Virus record (IMG/VR): IMGVR_UViG_3300038674_000015
Span: 1-31,321 of that record
Length of the DNA stretch: 31,321 bases
Strand: one strand, 5' to 3'
From: a virus
Taxonomy: Duplodnaviria > Caudoviricetes
The notes beneath the pieces are model-generated. The model saw only the letters and a program-made list of their open reading frames with translations. It did not search any database and was not told where the DNA came from. Of this stretch, positions 25,584 through 31,321 are shown piece after piece. The translations under genes and the position numbers were made by a program. Each line of letters opens with the position of its first letter. The first letter of the stretch is position 1.

Positions 25584-28500
25584 TGTATGATCCAACACAG
25601 CCGTCACCTTATGACGCTAAGATAAGAACACTTGCAGATAGTTATGATATCCCTCATGACTCTTTCCGTAAGCTGTTGTATACCGAATCAAACTTTAACC
25701 CGAAAGCTGTATCCCCTAATGGTGCCAAAGGTATCGCTCAGTTTATTCCTGACACAGGTAAAGCTTACGGGCTACTGACTGACGAGGACTTCTTTGATGC
25801 TGATAAGTCATTAGAGGCTGCCGCTAAATACCTTTCTGACCTTAAGAATCAGTATGGTGGAAACTGGGCGGCTGCTGTTGCTCATTACAATGGTGGCACC
25901 TCTCAAGGTAAGCTTGTAGCATCTGGTGCTGCTCCTACCAAACAAGAAACTGCTGAGTATATTAAGAAGATAGGTGTATTTGCTGAGGGAGATACACCTA
26001 CACCAAACTTGATATCCACCAAAGACATAATTCATGAAAACGTAAAGGAGGTCTATGAAGGGGCTGGTATTGATTATACACCAGTCTCTTCTGTGAACGA
26101 CCTACCATTCAACCGTGATTTGTTCAAACGTAGTAGTCTTCTTGATACTACTCTTGGTAACTACAGTTCTAGTGAAGAAGCGGCTAATGATATTGTCAAC
26201 CTTATTGATTCGATTAAATACAACTCTACGCTTGGTGCATGGGTTAATATTGCAGCAATGCGTCTTGCTCGTTACTCTGTCGATGGGGATATGTTTGGTA
26301 GAAACTCCAAGGTATATACTGTAACCAAAGATGACATGGACCTGCTTGTTAAAAAGTATGGTTCCATTGAACATCCTGCGGCACAGTTGATCCTCCGTAA
26401 TACTTACTACGAGGGAGACTTTGAGAACCTAGTTAACCACATGGATGAAACAATTGAGTATAACAAACAGGTTGCAAACGCTGGTATTGGTAATACACTT
26501 GTTGATATGGCTGCACAGGCTATATGGGATCCATTGAACTTCATCCCTATGGGATTCGCATTTAGTTCAGCTAAGAGTGGTTCAGCTTTACTTGGTAGAC
26601 TGTTTAATTCACCTATGGCTGCAAAGCTCGGATGGTACTCAGCAATGGCTGGTATCGGTGGAACATTTGGTGCTGCCTCTGAGGGGCTCCGTCAGTACAC
26701 CACTGGTGTTGAAATGAACATCAGAGAGGCTTTCGTTGGTGGTGCCCTTATGGTGTCCGCTCTGCATGGCCTTGGTGTACTTGGTGGTAAGTCTGGTAAG
26801 TGGCTTAAGGATTCCGCTGCTAGGGCTGAACTGATTGAGACAGGTAACAAGCTTGGTAAAGACCTTGGTAACCTTAAGGGTCTCAGTGGTAATGCCCATG
26901 TTGGTGCTGTCTTGAATAAGCTTAATAAGAAGACCATTGCTAGGTGGGAAGCTATTAAAAAGGCTTCACCTAAGCTCACTATTCAAGATTGGGGAGAGAG
27001 GTCTGACTCTGAGCTTGTTAGAAAGTTTACCAAGATGTTCCACCCAAGTGAAGTTGGTAGACCAACGGCGGGTGCCACTGTTAAACAGAAAGGCGGTACT
27101 ATATCACAAACCCGTGGTGACACTGGTACATTGACCACGAAGACAGATGATGGTAATACACTGTCTGTTGAGAAGATTGATGGTGACACTATCATGAAGA
27201 ATGATATCCCTGACGATTCCATGGTGAACGTACACAGGGATGGTGACACTATCTTTGATACCCGTCAGAGGCTCATTGGTGCAGTTAACTACTATCGAGA
27301 ACAGTTTGCTCAGAACATTAAGAAGGCTATGTCCACTATGGGTATATCCTTCCATGAAGCTAACCAGTTGATACATACTGCTGGTCTTACTAACTCCATC
27401 TCAAAGCTCCCTGAGCATCTCAAGAACGCTGCCATGGTGTACAAAGAGAGTATGCAGATGATGGAAGGGTACCTTAAGAATCCTGAGCTTATTTCCGGTA
27501 AGAAGAACCTTCCTAGTCTTCTTTCAGATCGTGCTGGTAGACTTATTGGTGAAGACGGTATGTACATCCCTGTGCGCTCTGATGGTGAGAAGGTTGAGAA
27601 CCTTATTGATTCCATTGGTAAACATCGTGAGCTTGCTATTGAGGAGCTCAGGGAAGACATGGCGAAGAACCTTTGGGAAGGTGTAATATCAAATAAAGAT
27701 AGGTTCTCTGAGTTTAAGGATATCATTGATACTGCTTGGATGGAAATGGCAGCTAAAGACCCTAACTATAAGACTCCTATTCAAGTGATGGAGGAGAAGT
27801 GGGATAAGCTTGATAAGCAGTGGAAAGATATATCTAAGGAAATTACAGACCTTGCTAGACAGGATGCTGATATATCTAGGCAGCTTAAGGAGCCTACTGT
27901 TGATCCTGCTAATGTTACTCCCGGTGATGTGGTTGTAAAAGACTACATCGGTGAGTACTATTCAACACTTAGTGATGAGATCACACCGGATCATAAGGTG
28001 GTAGTAAGGGAATCTATTCAAAGCTACCTTAAGAAGATGATTGATAGTGGAACTCTTTCAGACAGACAGAAGGGTGTGGCTGATCTTCTCCATCGTATCA
28101 TTGATCCTAATATGGAGATTAGTGTATATGATAGAGCATTTGTGTCACCAAACCTCGGTGGATTCTATTGGGCTGTAACCAATGACATTCACTTACCCAA
28201 TAGGGCACATAATGATCCACATATTGTGCTTCATGAAGTGCTACATGCGGTTACTGCTCGTCGTCTTAGGGAAGTTGAAAGGGGGCGTGGAACAACACTC
28301 CAGAGAGAGGCTAATTCAGAACTGTTTGACACATTTCTTGAGGCGCAGTCACAGCTACAAGCACAGGGTGTTAATACATCCAATATATATGGGTTTACAA
28401 ACCTTCATGAGTTTATCTCTGAGGGCTTAACAAACCCAGCTTTCTACACACAGTTAAAAAGCCTTAAGTCTCCTAAAACTGGTCAGACATTGTTCACTAG

Positions 28501-30697
28501 AATAATGAAGGGTTTGCAGAAGTTGTTTGGAATAGGGAACCAAGAAGCAACACTGCTTGATGACTTATTTGCCTCCACCGAAAAGCTCATGAGAGGCCGG
28601 ACTAAACAAATATCTAGTTCTTCTATGAAGCTTAATTTGGGCGCTAAAGTTACACCTGCTATTAAACAGGTGCCTGACCAAGTGTTTGATACCTCTGCAA
28701 CCATCAAAGGACTTGATGAGGTTGATGGTCTTACACCTGAGATGGTTAAACAGATGAAGGCTGAAAGGGCCGCTATTCGTCGTAAGATGAAGTCTCGTCA
28801 GGCGAAGCTTGACAAAACACAGGCTGAGCTTGATAGGATTGGTCTTAGAGAGGATATTCCTAATAAGGTGTACGGCGAAGAGTTACAGGATCGTGCTTCT
28901 AAGGCTGCTTATGGTTATATCAATCAGAGGATGGATCAGAGAAACTTCTGGGACACCAATGGTGGTTTTGATGATATGAACCCATATGAACAAAGGATGC
29001 CTTGGGACCACTTCTATAAATCTCAAGGTACCTCTTTCTCTGTTAGTGATATCTTGGATAACAAGATGATGGACCTTTATGATGGTTATATGAACCGTGT
29101 AGTAGGTGACTTGTCTGTGTTGAATACCACTGGTTCACCTGATGGGTTCCAGTTCTTGAAAGACAGATATAATGAAGCTGCTCTTAGTATCCAACAAAGG
29201 AATAAGAACACAGAGCGTGAGCAAAGAGCTATGCGTATGATGATATATCAGGCATACGGACTTCCAGTGTCAGGTGTATCAAGGTCAGGTGCTAGGGCTA
29301 CAAAGAGTTTCATTGAGGGTATGTTTGATACCGCTGCTAACATGGGACTGTTTACCAAGAACGCAGCCTTTGGTGTGATGAACTACTTTGAGGTTGCTGC
29401 TGGTGTAAGAGCTTATGGTGCGTCTTTCTTCTTTAAGAACCTCCCCGGTGTTGGTAAGTTCCTTAAGAACCTCTCCTCTGGAAAGAACACTGTAGAAGAA
29501 CTACGTATGCTTGAGAATATGGTATTCCATAAGGACATTGGGGAAACCATGTTCCTCCCTAGAGAGTATGAGAAGAACCTTGAGAGGTATAATAATAAAC
29601 TTGCTGCTGCCCTTGTGACAGGCTCTAAGTGGTTGGCTAATAACTCCCCACTGACACAGTTTATGTATCACTCACAAAATACCATTGTGTCCACTGCTAG
29701 ACAAGAACTCCTAGCAGAAATGACAAGGTTTGTTCATAAGGGTGATATTAACCCTAAAGGTTTCTTCACTGATAAACATCTTAGACGCCTTGGTATACCT
29801 AAGGAAGACCTTGAGCATGTTATGGATGTCCTAAAGAAGTGTACATACATTGATGATAAAGGTAGTCCTAGAATATCTGATGACTATATTGAACATGTTA
29901 CACCTAAGTTTAAACACTATGTGCATATCATAGGTGAGTACGTAGCTAATGAGGTTATTCAGAGGGAAACCCCAGGGTCATTGTTGCTGTGGAAGGGTGG
30001 TAATAACTCCTCCATGATGAATTACCTTATGCAGTTCAAATCATTTGCTATTAAGTCTATCAATAAGAGAATCCTTAAAGCAGGTAACAGATATGCCTAT
30101 GAGGGTGATAAAGACTTTGTTCATGAGTACTTCATTGACTCTGCCTTACAGGCCCTCCAGACAATAGGTATAACACATCTCAGGGCGAACGCTATTAGTG
30201 ACCCAGAGAAGCGTAAGAAGTACCTTCAGAGACAGTATGGTGTTGATGAGATGTCATGGGATAACTTTACTGACCCAGACTTCTTGTATCATGCTGCTAT
30301 TAAGGGTTTGTATGATCGTAACTCTAGGCTTGCTGGTCTGTCACTTGTTACTGGTGCCCTTGGGCTCACCTCGGATGCTGCTAAGACTTCTATCAGCGAT
30401 GACCGCCTGTTGAGACAGAGTGACGAGGGTGTGTCTAAACCAGTACGATTGATGGACAAGGCCGCTGGTTATGTTCCTAGTGTAGGTTATTTACAGGACG
30501 TAGTTAACCTTGGAACCTCTGCCTATAACCTTAGTGGGTCCGCTGTTGGTCTAAAGAACCTTACTCCAAAAGAGAAAGAACAACAGGCTGAATATATGTG
30601 GAACTCTATTAAGAACACACTCATGCCTAATGATCCACTCTTTATGGCTCATATCATTAACTTCGCTAAGGAGCAGCATAAATCTGCCCTTAAGTAA
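25583..30697 (+). CDS. gp16: Internal virion protein D (gp16-like) with N-terminal lytic transglycosylase and an inserted HExxH domain
   Basis: SLT motifs ESNFNPKAVSPNGAKGIAQF, AAAKYL, AVAHYNGG; C-terminal MQFKSF; HEVLH at 28232-28246; 1704 aa. Confidence 0.9.
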   Translation: MYDPTQPSPYDAKIRTLADSYDIPHDSFRKLLYTESNFNPKAVSPNGAKGIAQFIPDTGKAYGLLTDEDFFDADKSLEAAAKYLSDLKNQYGGNWAAAVAHYNGGTSQGKLVASGAAPTKQETAEYIKKIGVFAEGDTPTPNLISTKDIIHENVKEVYEGAGIDYTPVSSVNDLPFNRDLFKRSSLLDTTLGNYSSSEEAANDIVNLIDSIKYNSTLGAWVNIAAMRLARYSVDGDMFGRNSKVYTVTKDDMDLLVKKYGSIEHPAAQLILRNTYYEGDFENLVNHMDETIEYNKQVANAGIGNTLVDMAAQAIWDPLNFIPMGFAFSSAKSGSALLGRLFNSPMAAKLGWYSAMAGIGGTFGAASEGLRQYTTGVEMNIREAFVGGALMVSALHGLGVLGGKSGKWLKDSAARAELIETGNKLGKDLGNLKGLSGNAHVGAVLNKLNKKTIARWEAIKKASPKLTIQDWGERSDSELVRKFTKMFHPSEVGRPTAGATVKQKGGTISQTRGDTGTLTTKTDDGNTLSVEKIDGDTIMKNDIPDDSMVNVHRDGDTIFDTRQRLIGAVNYYREQFAQNIKKAMSTMGISFHEANQLIHTAGLTNSISKLPEHLKNAAMVYKESMQMMEGYLKNPELISGKKNLPSLLSDRAGRLIGEDGMYIPVRSDGEKVENLIDSIGKHRELAIEELREDMAKNLWEGVISNKDRFSEFKDIIDTAWMEMAAKDPNYKTPIQVMEEKWDKLDKQWKDISKEITDLARQDADISRQLKEPTVDPANVTPGDVVVKDYIGEYYSTLSDEITPDHKVVVRESIQSYLKKMIDSGTLSDRQKGVADLLHRIIDPNMEISVYDRAFVSPNLGGFYWAVTNDIHLPNRAHNDPHIVLHEVLHAVTARRLREVERGRGTTLQREANSELFDTFLEAQSQLQAQGVNTSNIYGFTNLHEFISEGLTNPAFYTQLKSLKSPKTGQTLFTRIMKGLQKLFGIGNQEATLLDDLFASTEKLMRGRTKQISSSSMKLNLGAKVTPAIKQVPDQVFDTSATIKGLDEVDGLTPEMVKQMKAERAAIRRKMKSRQAKLDKTQAELDRIGLREDIPNKVYGEELQDRASKAAYGYINQRMDQRNFWDTNGGFDDMNPYEQRMPWDHFYKSQGTSFSVSDILDNKMMDLYDGYMNRVVGDLSVLNTTGSPDGFQFLKDRYNEAALSIQQRNKNTEREQRAMRMMIYQAYGLPVSGVSRSGARATKSFIEGMFDTAANMGLFTKNAAFGVMNYFEVAAGVRAYGASFFFKNLPGVGKFLKNLSSGKNTVEELRMLENMVFHKDIGETMFLPREYEKNLERYNNKLAAALVTGSKWLANNSPLTQFMYHSQNTIVSTARQELLAEMTRFVHKGDINPKGFFTDKHLRRLGIPKEDLEHVMDVLKKCTYIDDKGSPRISDDYIEHVTPKFKHYVHIIGEYVANEVIQRETPGSLLLWKGGNNSSMMNYLMQFKSFAIKSINKRILKAGNRYAYEGDKDFVHEYFIDSALQALQTIGITHLRANAISDPEKRKKYLQRQYGVDEMSWDNFTDPDFLYHAAIKGLYDRNSRLAGLSLVTGALGLTSDAAKTSISDDRLLRQSDEGVSKPVRLMDKAAGYVPSVGYLQDVVNLGTSAYNLSGSAVGLKNLTPKEKEQQAEYMWNSIKNTLMPNDPLFMAHIINFAKEQHKSALK

Positions 30698-30702
30698 TTC
30701 AT

Positions 30703-30726
30703 AGTGGGTGCCTAATGGTGCCCACT
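30703..30726 (+). other. Intergenic hairpin (processing site or weak terminator)
   Basis: AGTGGGTGCC-TAAT-GGTGCCCACT, 10-bp stem with two G-U pairs, no long U tract. Confidence 0.5.
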
Positions 30727-30755
30727 TAACCTCCATACATAGAGGAACTTTATAT

Positions 30756-31321
30756 ATGGTTAATTCCTATGTTTATTACACAGGAGATGGTAGTACTACT
30801 AACTTCCAAATTACCTTTGATTATCTTTCAAAGGAGTTTGTACAGGTATACCTTGATGGTATACTGTTGGAGGTTGAGACTGACTACATCTTCGCTGGGG
30901 ATAGAACTATTTTAATCACTTCTATTCCTCCTAATGGTTCTATTGTGTTCATCCGAAGGGTTACCGCTAAGGATCGCTTGGTTGAGTTTCGTGATGCCTC
31001 TATCTTGGTAGCTAATGATCTGGACGTGTCTGCTTTACAGGCTATCCATATTGCGGAAGAAGCTAATGATAATATTCAGAATGTTATACAGGCTGACGCT
31101 ATTGGTAACTTTGATGTGCTTAACCGAAGACTTGTTAACGTAGGTGATCCTATTGATGATGCCGATGGTACCAATAAGCTCTACGTTGATACACGCTTTG
31201 CTGCTGATGTGTCCGCTACTGTAGCTGCTAGGGATGCCGCAGTGGACGCTAGGGATGCCGCAGTGGACGCTAGGGATGCCGCTCAGGGGTTTGCTAATAT
31301 TGCTGATGTAAGGGCCACGCA
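30756..31321 (+). CDS. gp17: Tail fibre protein (gp17-like), N-terminal part, truncated by the window end
   Basis: Not in the ORF track; manual translation gives MVNSYVYYTGDGSTTNFQITFDYLSKEFVQV...RRVTAKDRLVEFRDASILVANDLDVSALQAIHIAEEA, matching the T7 gp17 N-terminal anchor; RBS GAGGA. Confidence 0.92.
   Translation, partial: MVNSYVYYTGDGSTTNFQITFDYLSKEFVQVYLDGILLEVETDYIFAGDRTILITSIPPNGSIVFIRRVTAKDRLVEFRDASILVANDLDVSALQAIHIAEEANDNIQNVIQADAIGNFDVLNRRLVNVGDPIDDADGTNKLYVDTRFAADVSATVAARDAAVDARDAAVDARDAAQGFANIADVRAT
31227..31282 (+). repeat. 21-bp in-frame tandem repeat GCTAGGGATGCCGCAGTGGAC (2.7 copies)
   Basis: Exact copies at 31227-31247 and 31248-31268, partial copy at 31269-31282; encodes ARDAAVD. 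Confidence 0.9.

Overview
31.3 kb of a T7-like podophage (Autographiviridae-type) genome. All credible genes are on the + strand in roughly T7 order: single-subunit RNA polymerase, gp1.7-like kinase, SSB, endonuclease I, amidase, primase/helicase, DNA polymerase, exonuclease, then portal, scaffold, capsid, tail tubes, three internal virion proteins and the start of the tail fibre. Departures from T7: (1) a 464-nt group IA2 intron (9654-10117) splits the motif-B Tyr codon of the DNA polymerase and carries a 64-aa endonuclease VII-like ORF; (2) a non-T7 repeated promoter-like motif, AAGTATCCCAAAGGGGAAA, accompanies an RNA polymerase with an ~26-aa insertion in its specificity loop; (3) an ~220-aa glycine-rich domain is inserted in the tail nozzle protein; (4) an HExxH zincin domain between two coiled coils is inserted in the gp16-like ejection protein; (5) an overlapping spanin-like pair sits between scaffold and capsid genes; (6) the amidase has a LysM domain; (7) there is a nucleotide-metabolism set (class II RNR, ThyX-like, MazG-like). 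All family assignments come from motif recognition by eye; no searches were run.
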